Notes: a model not told the origin generated them from the letters alone. Shown: positions 8,599-18,919, numbered from the stretch's first letter. The stretch: 64,000 nt of DNA from an uncultured bacterium (GCA_903854195.1 CAINVO010000029.1:2557-66556); one strand, 5' to 3'. Translations and numbers: made by a program.

Positions 8599-9903
8599 TT
8601 ATTGTGATTGTGTCTGTGTTTTTTTAATAATACTTTGAAAATCTACTCTTGCACCCATAATTGCATCTGAAGAACTTCTCTGGTTTGTTGCTACTGATTC
8701 TACCATATTTTGAAATGAGACATTACTTGTATCTGGATCTGGGTCAAACCATCCTCGACTCTGAAGTGCAGCTTGATAAAATACTGCCTGATAACTATCT
8801 GGTGCTTGTACAGCCAAAAGATCTCTTCTAACTGGTGGTAGGCTCAACTGATCAGACAAAAATGTGACAGAAGCCTGACTTGTCAAAGCAAGAATTGCAC
8901 TCAATGAACCGGCAACGTTTGTTGAGTTTTTTGTAATAGCCATTGCATAAAGTTTTCCGTAAGTTATTTTTGTAGAATTCTGATCAGGAACAGGTAGAAC
9001 AGCAACATCAAAATTTAGATTTGGGTTTTTAGCTCTAATTTGTGACGCCTCGCTTGCGTAGCCAACATACAAAGCTAAATTCCCTGCCAAAAAAGCATCA
9101 AGTGAATTTGGCATTGATCTATTCCATGAATAATATTTATTACTTGGATCTGAAAACTGATTATAAAAATCTAAAACAGACGCAGCTGTTGATGCACCAG
9201 GTAAATTTTGATCCAAAACGCTGACAATTTCATCCGTACTTGGGTTTCTAGTAACGATAGGATTACCAGCTTGAAGGAACATTGCAGAAAGAATTGCTTT
9301 TGCATTTGTAACATTTGAAAACTCACCAAATGACACCAAAGCTCTTTGAATATTCTGTTTGTTATCAACTGCGATGATTTTTGGAGCAAGAGATGACAAA
9401 TCTGACCAGTATTTTGGTGGATTTGGAATATTAGCAGAAGCAAAAATATCTTTGTTCCAATAAAGAACAAGTGGATCCACTAAAATCGGAACGCCGACAA
9501 CCCCAGTTGAATTTAGGAACAATTGTCCTTCATCTATAAAAGTATCTTGAAACGTTCGTTGAGGATAGTTTGCAAAAGGAATAGTGAAGATTTTATTTCT
9601 CAACCTGTTTATTTGTGAATCAGGGATAATAACAACATCTGGTCCATTTCCTTCAGCTAAGGCATTCACAAGATCACTATCAAAAGTGGCTTCTGATTTT
9701 TCAACATACCGTGCATTAATAACATTTGCCTGTTGATTTACATTTTTTATAAGAGCAGAAGCTGATTCATTAGGAATCGTACCCCAAATAGTTACCAAGG
9801 CTCCAGGACCATTACTAGTTGTTCCTAGTTTAGCGAAGGTCAAAACACCAAGCACAATAAGAAATATAAAGATTCCAATCACTGTCATTTTAAAAGGTGT
9901 CAT
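8599..9903 (-). CDS. Extracellular solute-binding protein (sugar-binding-like family), membrane anchored
   Basis: N-terminal TM; GPDVV, DPLVLYWNKDIF, PPKYWSDL and FLAGNLALYVG motifs. Confidence 0.8.
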   Translation of the reverse strand: MTPFKMTVIGIFIFLIVLGVLTFAKLGTTSNGPGALVTIWGTIPNESASALIKNVNQQANVINARYVEKSEATFDSDLVNALAEGNGPDVVIIPDSQINRLRNKIFTIPFANYPQRTFQDTFIDEGQLFLNSTGVVGVPILVDPLVLYWNKDIFASANIPNPPKYWSDLSSLAPKIIAVDNKQNIQRALVSFGEFSNVTNAKAILSAMFLQAGNPIVTRNPSTDEIVSVLDQNLPGASTAASVLDFYNQFSDPSNKYYSWNRSMPNSLDAFLAGNLALYVGYASEASQIRAKNPNLNFDVAVLPVPDQNSTKITYGKLYAMAITKNSTNVAGSLSAILALTSQASVTFLSDQLSLPPVRRDLLAVQAPDSYQAVFYQAALQSRGWFDPDPDTSNVSFQNMVESVATNQRSSSDAIMGARVDFQSIIKKTQTQSQ

Positions 9904-9943
9904 GAATATTTATATTATAACCCATCAAATTTTATTAAAACAG

Positions 9944-10483
9944 CTAAGGATGCTTTGGCACTGTGAACAGTAACCCGTAATGGTGATCTCCTGCATCAAA
10001 TTCTTTTTCAAAAAGAAACCCCGCTGATTTTGCAAGAGTAATTGTTTCTGATTTTGAAATCCTCTGATCCTTTTTAGGACCTATATTTACTTCAGACTCA
10101 TGTGACCAATCAATAATGGCTAATCTTCCTTTTGATCTCAATATTCTAAATGCTTCCCCAACAATTGTACTGCGCACCTCACTAAAAAATAATGTATTAA
10201 ATATAAAAACCCTATCAACAGAATGATCAGCAAGACCACTTCCTCTTTCTTGCTCCAAATCAGCGTGTAAAATATCTACATTATCTAGCCCCTGACGCTC
10301 TGCATCTTTTTTTATCTTATGAAGTAAGTCAATTTGAACATCTATAGCATAAACCTTTCCGTATTTACCAACTGCACGAGCTGCAGCAATTGCATGATGG
10401 CCTGAACCTGATCCAAAATCTGCAACAACCATTCCTTCACCGACATATGCCTGGGTAATATTTTTTTCAGGATGAGAAAACAT
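9944..10483 (-). CDS. Class I SAM-dependent methyltransferase
   Basis: VADFGSGSG motif I, VYAIDVQ, RILRSKGRLAIIDW. Confidence 0.85.
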   Translation of the reverse strand: MFSHPEKNITQAYVGEGMVVADFGSGSGHHAIAAARAVGKYGKVYAIDVQIDLLHKIKKDAERQGLDNVDILHADLEQERGSGLADHSVDRVFIFNTLFFSEVRSTIVGEAFRILRSKGRLAIIDWSHESEVNIGPKKDQRISKSETITLAKSAGFLFEKEFDAGDHHYGLLFTVPKHP

Positions 10484-10495
10484 GTAACTATTATA

Positions 10496-13009
10496 TTACA
10501 AGCAAATCAAAGAAGCGATAGAGTCACCTTCGCGAAGCTTCATGATTCGAACACCTTGTGTGTCTCGTCCAAGTGATGGAATTTCTTTTAGGTCACATCT
10601 AATCACCTGACTCTTCTTTGAAATTGCAACCGCTTCTTCTAATTCTTCTGTAACAATAATTGCAGAAATTAGATCACCTGTCTTTGGAGTAACTTTCGAT
10701 GTTTTGATACCAGACCCTCCACGATTTTGAGTTTTATATTCTGAAATTGGAGTCTTTTTACCATATCCATTTGCGGACACAGTTAGAATATGAGCTTTAA
10801 CGCCTTCGGAACCTTTTTTAGCCATATTAGCTTTGGCCACAGAAGCCCCAACAACATAGACATTTTTATCGATTTTCATTACTCTAACTCCTCCAGCACT
10901 TCGTCCCATTTCGCGTACATCTGATTCAGAAAAACGTATAGACTGTGCATCTGAAGAAACTACAATAACCTCATCATTTTTTTCTACAAAAGACGCTGAC
11001 ACTAGATCATCCCCGGCATCTAGACGTATCGCAATGATACCGCTTCGTCGAACATCCTTAAAACTGTCTGCAGAAACTTTTTTACCTGTACCATTTTTTG
11101 TAACCAAGAATAGAGAAAGCCCACCATTATCACTTCCCTTTTTAACATCCTTTGGCATTGGCAAAATAGAAGTTATTTTTTCTTCTGCAGAAAGAGCCAA
11201 GAAGTTCATCATTGATTTTCCACGAGTAGCACGCTTTCCTTCAGGAATATCATACATCTTGATCTGATATGCTTTTCCTTTATCTGTAAAGAAAAGTAAA
11301 TCACTATGAGTAGAGGCAGTCAAAAAATGAGTTATAAAATCTTCCTCTTTTGTGTTTAGATCCATAACACCAACACCCCCTCGTTTTTGTTTACGATATT
11401 CATCTGGATCAGTACGCTTGATGTAACCTCCAGATGTAAGAACAAGAACACTCTCTTCATCAGGAATAACATCTTCAATAGAAAAATTCTTTGCGGCATG
11501 TTTGATTACACGAGTTCTTCTTTCATCTGAATATTTTGCGCGCACTTCTGCAAGTTCATCCTTAATAATTTGTGGGATGCGCTTTGGATTTTTTAGAATA
11601 TCTTCAAGATCTTTAATAAGTTCCTGTATAGCTTTAAGCTCATCTTCTATCTTCTTTCTTTCAAGACCAGCAAGTCGCTGGAGCTTCATGTCCAAAATAG
11701 CAGTAGCCTGACGATCAGAAAACTTGAACTGCTTCATCAAATTCACATGGGCAGTAGGTGTATCTTTTGAGGCTTTGATAAGCTTGATAATTTCATCAAT
11801 ATGATCAAGAGCCTTTTTAAGACCAATCAAAATATGTTCACGGTCCTTTGCTTTATTAAGATCAAACTCTGTACGACGACGAATAACCACACGTCGGTGT
11901 GCAATAAACTCCTCTAGGCAAGATTTGAGTGATAAAGTCTGTGGGACACCATCAACAAGTGCTACCATGTTTAGATGGAACATTTGTTCAAGTTGTGTAT
12001 GTTTGTATATAAAGTTTAGAACGTTCTGTGGATAACTGCCGTTCTTTAGTTCGATCACAATACGAATATCCTTAGTAGACTCATCACGTAGATCCTTAAT
12101 GCCATCTATTTTTTTCTCTCGAACAAGGTCGGCAATTGCCTCGATAAGGGTAGACTTGTTTACACGAAAAGGAATACTAGTAATGATAATTTTTGAATGA
12201 CCCACCTTATCTTCAATGATTTCGGCCTCTCCACGTACAAGCATTCCTCCTTTTCCATGGTTGTAAGCATGCGCGATATCTTTTTCACCATAAAGCACTC
12301 CACCTGTTGGAAAATCTGGACCCTTAACAAACTGCAAGAGATCTTCAGTTGTTGCATCCTTGTTGGCAAGTAAGTGAGATGTAGCATCTACAATTTCACC
12401 AAGATTGTGAGGTGGAATATTTGTTGCCATACCTACAGCAATACCAAGCACTCCGTTTAGAAGAAGGTTTGGAACAGCAGTTGGCAAAACACCAGGCTCC
12501 TTTCTTGAACCGTCATAGTTTGGATGATAGTCAACAGTCTGCTTTTCAATATCACGAAGCAGTTCTGCAGAAAGACGAGCCATACGAGCTTCTGTATAAC
12601 GCATAGCAGCTGCACTATCTCCATCAATGTTACCGAAGTTTCCTTGACCTTGGATCAATGGGTATCGAAGTGAAAAATCCTGAGCCATATTTACAAGAGA
12701 ATCATAAATAGCAACGTCTCCATGAGGGTGATAATTACCCATCACTTCTCCGACTACGAAAGCTGATTTTCGAAACTTAGCTGAAGAAGTCAAACCTCGC
12801 TCATGCATAGCATAAAGAATACGACGGTGCACTGGTTTCAAACCATCACGCACATCGGGAAGAGCACGATCAGTAATAACTGACATGGCATAATCCACAA
12901 AGGATTTTTTCATTTCTGCTGTAAGCTCACGAGCAACCACATTTTCATTTGCAATGTTTGCTGCACTGTCTAGTGGTTTACTGTATCTGTCATCGGATGA
13001 TTTTGCCAT
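10496..13009 (-). CDS. gyrA: DNA gyrase subunit A
   Basis: [29 protein letters not shown] and GyrA-box QKRGGVG. Confidence 0.97.
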   Translation of the reverse strand: MAKSSDDRYSKPLDSAANIANENVVARELTAEMKKSFVDYAMSVITDRALPDVRDGLKPVHRRILYAMHERGLTSSAKFRKSAFVVGEVMGNYHPHGDVAIYDSLVNMAQDFSLRYPLIQGQGNFGNIDGDSAAAMRYTEARMARLSAELLRDIEKQTVDYHPNYDGSRKEPGVLPTAVPNLLLNGVLGIAVGMATNIPPHNLGEIVDATSHLLANKDATTEDLLQFVKGPDFPTGGVLYGEKDIAHAYNHGKGGMLVRGEAEIIEDKVGHSKIIITSIPFRVNKSTLIEAIADLVREKKIDGIKDLRDESTKDIRIVIELKNGSYPQNVLNFIYKHTQLEQMFHLNMVALVDGVPQTLSLKSCLEEFIAHRRVVIRRRTEFDLNKAKDREHILIGLKKALDHIDEIIKLIKASKDTPTAHVNLMKQFKFSDRQATAILDMKLQRLAGLERKKIEDELKAIQELIKDLEDILKNPKRIPQIIKDELAEVRAKYSDERRTRVIKHAAKNFSIEDVIPDEESVLVLTSGGYIKRTDPDEYRKQKRGGVGVMDLNTKEEDFITHFLTASTHSDLLFFTDKGKAYQIKMYDIPEGKRATRGKSMMNFLALSAEEKITSILPMPKDVKKGSDNGGLSLFLVTKNGTGKKVSADSFKDVRRSGIIAIRLDAGDDLVSASFVEKNDEVIVVSSDAQSIRFSESDVREMGRSAGGVRVMKIDKNVYVVGASVAKANMAKKGSEGVKAHILTVSANGYGKKTPISEYKTQNRGGSGIKTSKVTPKTGDLISAIIVTEELEEAVAISKKSQVIRCDLKEIPSLGRDTQGVRIMKLREGDSIASLICL

Positions 13010-13033
13010 AAAAAAATAATTAAAATTCTGATA

Positions 13034-13408
13034 TTACTGATTTGTTTGACTAGACTGACTGCTCTGGTCTGCCGGAACAAGAGGCACAACCTGATCATCT
13101 TGATTTTGCTGATCTGAAGTGGTTGCAGGCAACAACTCTATCTGTGACGAAGCATCACTGTCAGAACTTGGTGCAGTCGCATCCTTAATACTTTGATATG
13201 CCTCTGCAGCGTTATTCTTTAAAACATTCATAGGGTTACTTTCTTGAACTAAACCTTGTTCAGCAACAGTTGAATTTGATACAACATTTAAACGGGCATG
13301 GAGCCAAACTGCAAAAACTATAGAAGTTAAAAATAAACTGACAGCAATGGCAACCATTCTTCTGACTGGTTCTGGTTTTGCGTGAAGTTTTTCTATAATT
13401 TTTCGCAT
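13034..13408 (-). CDS. Hypothetical single-TM protein
   Basis: Basic N-terminus, one TM, polar tail. Confidence 0.65.
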   Translation of the reverse strand: MRKIIEKLHAKPEPVRRMVAIAVSLFLTSIVFAVWLHARLNVVSNSTVAEQGLVQESNPMNVLKNNAAEAYQSIKDATAPSSDSDASSQIELLPATTSDQQNQDDQVVPLVPADQSSQSSQTNQ

Positions 13409-13472
13409 TTTTTTATTTTAATTTGTAAGATTAAATGTAAGACATTTATATACAATAAACATGACACAACTA

Positions 13473-14111
13473 TTATACAACAGACAGGACCATAACTTCT
13501 CCCTCCTTACCTTCCAAATCTTTTTTCTTAATAGTTAGCTTATCAACCGGTGAAACACTCTCGCCCGCTTCCTTTAAAAAAGTTTTGAGAGCGTCTTTAT
13601 CACTACCACCCTTTTCATCATAGTGCATTGGAATAACGATTTTTGCCTCAAGTTTTACAGCAAGTTTATATGCCTCAGAAGCTGACAATACGCCATTACC
13701 ACCAATTGGCACAAAAAGAATATCAACTGAATCAATACCTTCTAGTGTTTCAGGATTTAAAGTAGTTTTATCAAGAGCTCCCAAAAAACAAATATTTATG
13801 CCGTCGAGCTGAAAAGTATAAACTGTATTAATTAGAGATTTACCGTCGTGTGAAGAAGTTTCTGGAAATCCTTTAATAAAAATTCCCCCGGTTTCATATT
13901 CTCCTGGTGAGGTAACAATGAAAGGACTCTTATCTCCGTAAGTAAAATCTGCTCCGCCATTTGTATCAGGATGATTTATCGTTTGCAAAACTATGTTTGC
14001 ACCGAACTTTGATGTTTTAAAAGCAGAATCCTTTGAAGCAGGATTAGTCACGAGCGTAAGATCGCCAAATTGCAATTTAAATGACTCCAATCCTTGATAT
14101 GTAATAACCAT
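13473..14111 (-). CDS. MBL-fold metallo-hydrolase-like protein (Lactamase_B_3-like, degenerate metal motif)
   Basis: ITYQGLESFK, SPGEYE, VDILFVPIGG and IVIPMHY motifs. Start moved to MVITY at 14111. Confidence 0.75.
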   Translation of the reverse strand: MVITYQGLESFKLQFGDLTLVTNPASKDSAFKTSKFGANIVLQTINHPDTNGGADFTYGDKSPFIVTSPGEYETGGIFIKGFPETSSHDGKSLINTVYTFQLDGINICFLGALDKTTLNPETLEGIDSVDILFVPIGGNGVLSASEAYKLAVKLEAKIVIPMHYDEKGGSDKDALKTFLKEAGESVSPVDKLTIKKKDLEGKEGEVMVLSVV

Positions 14112-14150
14112 AATGGCGACATTGTAGCACAATATTAAATGTGTATAAAG

Positions 14151-14255
14151 TATTACAAATACACCTTTTTGGAGCACGGATAAATCCTTGCTAGGATTTT
14201 CCTCGTGCTCGCTCCGTCGAGTCTCGCAAGTCTCCAAAAAGGTGCATTTGTAATA
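14151..14255. repeat. Palindromic intergenic element with 24-bp terminal inverted repeats and inner hairpins
   Basis: TATTACAAATACACCTTTTTGGAG / CTCCAAAAAGGTGCATTTGTAATA (23/24); inner GAGCACG..CGTGCTC and AAATCCT..AGGATTT. Confidence 0.7.
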
Positions 14256-14314
14256 TTTGTAATACTTTACCAACCTTAGATGTTGTGCTACATTAGCCCT
14301 ATTATTAATAGTTG

Positions 14315-14372
14315 TAGCCACAAGTAACCTCGCCCATTGTTACGACAGATTTGCAGGCGAAACTTGTGGCTA
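14315..14372 (+). promoter_or_regulatory. Structured 5' leader of rpsA
   Basis: TAGCCACAAGT...ACTTGTGGCTA stem enclosing CGCC/GGCG, ending about 18 nt before the ATG. Confidence 0.5.
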
Positions 14373-14390
14373 GACGCATATACATTATTT

Positions 14391-15551
14391 ATGGCAAAAA
14401 AAATTGACGGTTCTGTAGACGAAAATCTAAAGGACATCGTAAAGGACAACCAAACAACGGCTCAAGAAGAGGCTGAAAAGGAGATACGTTCTAAAAAGGA
14501 TAGCCCGATGGGCAAGCTTCTAAACGAAACTGCAACACCTCCAAGTGTAGCTGATATCGTTGAAGGACCCGTTATCGCTATCGACAAGAAAGGTGTTTTT
14601 GTGGATTTACATCCATATGGAACAGGTATTATTTATGGACGTGAATACATCAACGCTCGTGACATCATCAAGAAAGTAAACATTGGTGACAGTATCGCAG
14701 CTAAAGTTGTTGGATTTGATCACCCAGAAGGATACATTGAACTTTCTCTAAAAGAAGCTAAACAGGCATTGATTTGGAGTGAGGCTGAAATTGCTATTCG
14801 AGACAAGACTGCTTTTGATATTCCTGTTCTTGAAGCAAACAAAGGAGGACTTATTCTTTCATGGCAAGGTATCCAAGGTTTCCTTCCTGCATCACAACTT
14901 AAGACAGAACACTACCCACGCGTAACAGATGGTGATAAGGATAAAATCCTGGAAGAGCTTAAGAAACTTATTGGCAAGCGCATTTCTGTAGTTATCATTT
15001 CTGCCGCTCCAAAAGAAGGAAAACTTATCTTCTCAGAAAAGAACCCTGAACAAAAAGATAAAGAAAAGATGGTTGGAAAATACGCAGTTGCAGATGAAAT
15101 CGAAGGAACAGTTACAGGCATGGTAGATTTCGGAGTATTCGTAAAACTAGAAGAAGGTCTTGAAGGTCTAGTTCACATCTCAGAAATCGACTGGGCACTT
15201 GTAGAAGATCCTCGAGCTATCTTTAAGGTTGGCGATAAAGTAAAAGTAAAAATTATCGAAATCAAGGATGGTAAGATTTCTCTTTCTATCAAGGCTTTGA
15301 AAGAAAACCCATGGAAAGCTGCATCAAAGAAATACAAGAAAGATGATGTTGTAAGTGGTGTTGTTATCAAATTCAACAAACACGGCGCTCTTGCAAGCAT
15401 TGAAGAAGGTGTCGCAGGTCTTGTACATGTTTCAGAGTTTGGAACAGAAGCAAAACTTCGTGAGTCACTAGAGCTTGGTAAAAGCTATAACTTTAAGATC
15501 AATCTCTTTGATCCAAAAGAACAAAAGATGGCGTTAGGTTTTGTGAAGTAG
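14391..15551 (+). CDS. rpsA: 30S ribosomal protein S1 (4 S1 domains)
   Basis: Repeated S1 motifs (NKGGL..QGFLPASQL, FGVFV..EGLVHISEI, GLVHVSE). ATG at 14391. Confidence 0.9.
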   Translation: MAKKIDGSVDENLKDIVKDNQTTAQEEAEKEIRSKKDSPMGKLLNETATPPSVADIVEGPVIAIDKKGVFVDLHPYGTGIIYGREYINARDIIKKVNIGDSIAAKVVGFDHPEGYIELSLKEAKQALIWSEAEIAIRDKTAFDIPVLEANKGGLILSWQGIQGFLPASQLKTEHYPRVTDGDKDKILEELKKLIGKRISVVIISAAPKEGKLIFSEKNPEQKDKEKMVGKYAVADEIEGTVTGMVDFGVFVKLEEGLEGLVHISEIDWALVEDPRAIFKVGDKVKVKIIEIKDGKISLSIKALKENPWKAASKKYKKDDVVSGVVIKFNKHGALASIEEGVAGLVHVSEFGTEAKLRESLELGKSYNFKINLFDPKEQKMALGFVK

Positions 15552-15557
15552 TTAGAT

Positions 15558-15654
15558 AAAATAAAAAAGCCGTTTGCGAAGTCCTTCGCTACCCTGTTTT
15601 AAGTCTTGAGACTTCAGAATAGAGTGCGGGACAAGCGAACGGCTTTTTTATTTT
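15558..15654. repeat. Palindromic element / extended terminator after rpsA
   Basis: AAAATAAAAAAGCCGTTTGC / GCGAACGGCTTTTTTATTTT (19/20) around an imperfect inner stem capped by AAGTCT-TG-AGACTT. Confidence 0.65.
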
Positions 15655-15749
15655 GCCTGCTATTCACGCCCAGCGTGGTTATTTTTAATGGTATTGACAC
15701 CTCAAAATCTTTGTGTAATACTTTCGCTCAGAAATTCAGATAAGTTTAT

Positions 15750-16154
15750 ATGCCGAAACAGCAAGTTCAATACGCAATACTGGCAACAATCACAGCAATC
15801 GTCGTTCCTGAGGAAAGCCTCACTAATGGTAACAACCACATTTCTTCGCACCCCAGGCTCCGGATGCTGATCCTGAACCTTGAAGGCAAAGAGCGGAAGA
15901 AAGTGAAGGTGAATATCCGTTATCATTTTGAACAAGACGAGCGTGTCCCCGCAAAGGCACACGTCGCGCTGGTGACCAGCAACCGAGGTCCGATCGACCA
16001 CGAACAAATTCGCACAGCCTTCGGAAGCGATGGAAAAGTGTTCGTCAAGACGTACCAAAACGTATCGACAGATCCGAACGTTTTGAACGATCTTTTTCTG
16101 CTTGCGGATAAGGATTCGCAGGCGACAAGAGATGCGATCCAGAAAGTCGCTTAG
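15750..16154 (+). CDS. Hypothetical protein (GC-richer solo gene)
   Basis: 134-aa ORF preceded by TTGACA (15694) and followed by a 14-bp hairpin (16192-16221). Confidence 0.6.
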   Translation: MPKQQVQYAILATITAIVVPEESLTNGNNHISSHPRLRMLILNLEGKERKKVKVNIRYHFEQDERVPAKAHVALVTSNRGPIDHEQIRTAFGSDGKVFVKTYQNVSTDPNVLNDLFLLADKDSQATRDAIQKVA

Positions 16155-16263
16155 TATCATTAGCCCTTTTTAAAGCAAGGATGGGCAAAACCAGCCGGAA
16201 CGATTTGAATCGTTCCGGCTGTAACTATTTATAAGCTATTACATATTTAGACAATACCCGAAC

Positions 16264-16887
16264 TTATCCTTGGTTCATTTCATTCATTGCAGCCGCCCTA
16301 CCTTCTTCAATTATCATTTTTAAAGCATCCGCAGCTTTTTTTGAAACTTTCTTAATTTCCTCAGCTTCCACAAGTTTAAAATCACCTATAATAAAATCTA
16401 AGACTTTATCTCCTAATGGTTTTTTCAACTTTCCACCTGGAGTAGTTGGTGAAATACCAATTTTCAAACGAACAAACGCTTCTGTCTTGAGATTTTTTAT
16501 TATTGACTCAACCCCTCGATGACCTCCTGATCCCCTATTAAAAGAAATTTTAAAAGTACCTAGGGCAAGATCCAAATCATCATGAACAACAATAAGCTGT
16601 TCAGCTTTTTTTTCACTCGTTACAAGCGTCTTAACCGATGAACCGGATTTATTCATAAAAGTTTCAGGCATAATAACCACAACCTTTTCTTTATTTTTTT
16701 TACTTGGTTTTTTTAAATCTGCTGCAGACATAACACCTTCAGAAAATAATCCGGCAAATTTTTTACTTGGCACAGCAGCAGGAAAAGCATTTTTTTTGAT
16801 AAAAGCTTCTGCAACCATTCTTCCAATGTTATGGCGCGTATTTTTGTATTCCTCTCCTGGATTACCGAGTCCCGCTATTACAAACAT
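16264..16887 (-). CDS. pth: Peptidyl-tRNA hydrolase
   Basis: GLGNPGEEYKNTRHNIG, PETFMNKSG, VVHDDLDL and GSGGHRG motifs. Confidence 0.95.
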   Translation of the reverse strand: MFVIAGLGNPGEEYKNTRHNIGRMVAEAFIKKNAFPAAVPSKKFAGLFSEGVMSAADLKKPSKKNKEKVVVIMPETFMNKSGSSVKTLVTSEKKAEQLIVVHDDLDLALGTFKISFNRGSGGHRGVESIIKNLKTEAFVRLKIGISPTTPGGKLKKPLGDKVLDFIIGDFKLVEAEEIKKVSKKAADALKMIIEEGRAAAMNEMNQG

Positions 16888-17046
16888 AATTTTATTTTTA
16901 TTAATTAAATATTTAAAAAGACTTACCCACCCTTACATATTGACCATTCTTTGCAATTGGATTGTATCATATTTTAACAAAGTAATGTCTGCAACACACA
17001 GCTAACCCTTGTGTCAAACCCCCCTTTCCTATATCATTTTCTCCAT

Positions 17047-17622
17047 ATGGATGTTGAAACAAAAAAAATAACACCTGAAACTATTAAAAAAACTCCAGAA
17101 CCTTCAAAGTGGGAACTCACAAAATTTGCACTAATCCTTCTTATTATTTTTCTTCCTATTAGATTTTTTGCAATCGGCCCCTTTGTTGTTTACGGAAGTT
17201 CAATGGAACCAAATTTCTATACTGGAGAATATCTTATTGTTGATGAAATCTCATATGATTTCATTGCCCCACATCGTGGTGACGTAATAGTTCTTCGCCC
17301 ACCCATAAATACAAATACTCATTTTATAAAACGCGTTATTGGTCTTCCAAATGAAACTGTAAAAATAGACGGGACAATAGTAACAATCATCAATGCTGCA
17401 AACCCAAATGGTTTTGTATTAAATGAACCTTATCTTGCCCACCACAAAGGCCCTTCAGGTTCTTGGACACTTGGATCAGATGAGTACTTTGTACTTGGTG
17501 ACAATAGAGATGTCAGTGATGATTCTCGTATATGGGGTCCTCTAAAGAAAAATATGATTACAGGAAGAGCACTTCTCAGACTCTATCCATTCAAAAGGTT
17601 AAGCTTTCTGCCTGGTCAATAA
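17047..17622 (+). CDS. lepB: Signal peptidase I
   Basis: GSSMEPN (Ser), FIKRVIGLP (Lys), GDNRDVSDDSRIWG. ATG at 17047. Confidence 0.93.
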   Translation: MDVETKKITPETIKKTPEPSKWELTKFALILLIIFLPIRFFAIGPFVVYGSSMEPNFYTGEYLIVDEISYDFIAPHRGDVIVLRPPINTNTHFIKRVIGLPNETVKIDGTIVTIINAANPNGFVLNEPYLAHHKGPSGSWTLGSDEYFVLGDNRDVSDDSRIWGPLKKNMITGRALLRLYPFKRLSFLPGQ

Positions 17623-17659
17623 AAACCAATAAAAGTTAGTTAAAATAAAAAATACTGCA

Positions 17660-18859
17660 ATGCAACAACACAATCACTACAAAAAAGCATCGTCTATCGC
17701 TGAACACTATGGATTTGTTCAAGCTCCCGAGATTGAAGTTGAAAAGCAAGATATTCTAAAAGCAAAAGCATTCAAAGAAGTCCTAGCAAAGGACATGCAC
17801 CCTTTCAAAGATAACGGCACAGCATTTGCTGGATATGTGGAAGAAAAAATTGCCATAATCAGAAACACTATAGAAAAAAAGTTGGCACATCTCCCTCAGC
17901 CACCAATGATTTATTATGAAGGACCTCTCAAAGGAAACACTCACCTCAAAAGAAAAGGTGACGAAAGAACATTCAACCTGGAAATTATTGGCAACGGCAA
18001 AAGCATAGCTGACGCACTACTTATTGAAACATGTTATGTAGTGGTAAAGGAATGCCGGGCTGACAAAGAAATTGTCATCGAGTTAAACAGTATTGGGGAC
18101 AAGGATTCAATTAATAAATTTGCAAAAGAACTTACAAACTATTACAAGAAAAATGGAGCGGATCTTTGTGCAGAATGCAAAGGAAGCCTTAAAAAGGAAG
18201 TTTTTGCTGTACTAAATTCTTCTTGTAAAAAGTGCTCTGGATTAAAAGATGAAGCTCCGCCATCCATTAGTTTCCTTTCAGAACCAAGTCGAAATCATTT
18301 TAAGGAAGTGCTCGAGTACCTTGAATCATTAGATGTCCCCTACACTATTAATCACAGCATGGTTGGCAGTCGCTCATATTGTATGGGTACTCTTTTTGAA
18401 ATAAAAGTGAAATCAAAGACCTCAAAAAGTGGAGACTTCGAAACTGTTGCCATTGGTGAGAGATACAACTCCCTTACAAAAAAAGTCTGGGGCAAAAAAG
18501 AAATACCTGCTATAGGCGCATCAATTTTAATTCCTCAAGACAGTAAAGGTACCGGCAAAACAACAAAGGCTTCAAAACCTAAATTTTATTTTATTCAACT
18601 TGGAATGGACGCGAAGTTAAAAAGCCTCGGGATCATTGAAATGCTACGAAAAGCAAAAATACCAGTATCTCAGTCAATTTCCCGAGACAAACTCACAAGT
18701 CAACTTGGCCTAGCTGAGAAACTTGATGTCCCTTTTGTCCTACTTGTTGGACAAAAAGAGGCCATGGAGAATAGCGTCACCGTAAGAAATATGAAGAATA
18801 GGGCCCAAGATACGGTACCTATTGGTAAATTAATAGATTATCTTAAAAAGCTATCCTAA
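17660..18859 (+). CDS. Degenerate histidyl-tRNA synthetase-like protein with class IIa anticodon-binding domain
   Basis: HisS-like LNSIGD, C..C/C..C insert, HFKEVLEYLESL, IGERYNSL..IPAIG and QLGLAEKL..VGQKE..VTVRNM. Motif 2 (FRYERPQ.GR.RQF) is not recognisable. Confidence 0.7.
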   Translation: MQQHNHYKKASSIAEHYGFVQAPEIEVEKQDILKAKAFKEVLAKDMHPFKDNGTAFAGYVEEKIAIIRNTIEKKLAHLPQPPMIYYEGPLKGNTHLKRKGDERTFNLEIIGNGKSIADALLIETCYVVVKECRADKEIVIELNSIGDKDSINKFAKELTNYYKKNGADLCAECKGSLKKEVFAVLNSSCKKCSGLKDEAPPSISFLSEPSRNHFKEVLEYLESLDVPYTINHSMVGSRSYCMGTLFEIKVKSKTSKSGDFETVAIGERYNSLTKKVWGKKEIPAIGASILIPQDSKGTGKTTKASKPKFYFIQLGMDAKLKSLGIIEMLRKAKIPVSQSISRDKLTSQLGLAEKLDVPFVLLVGQKEAMENSVTVRNMKNRAQDTVPIGKLIDYLKKLS

Positions 18860-18919
18860 TATAAACAAAAGGGATCATTTGCCACATTTTTCAAGATGTG
18901 ATAATATCTTTCTACTTAT

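Noticed and set aside
15702-16160. 152-aa minus-strand ORF opposite 15750..16154
   Set aside because: The plus-strand ORF has the upstream promoter, the downstream hairpin and a more protein-like composition.
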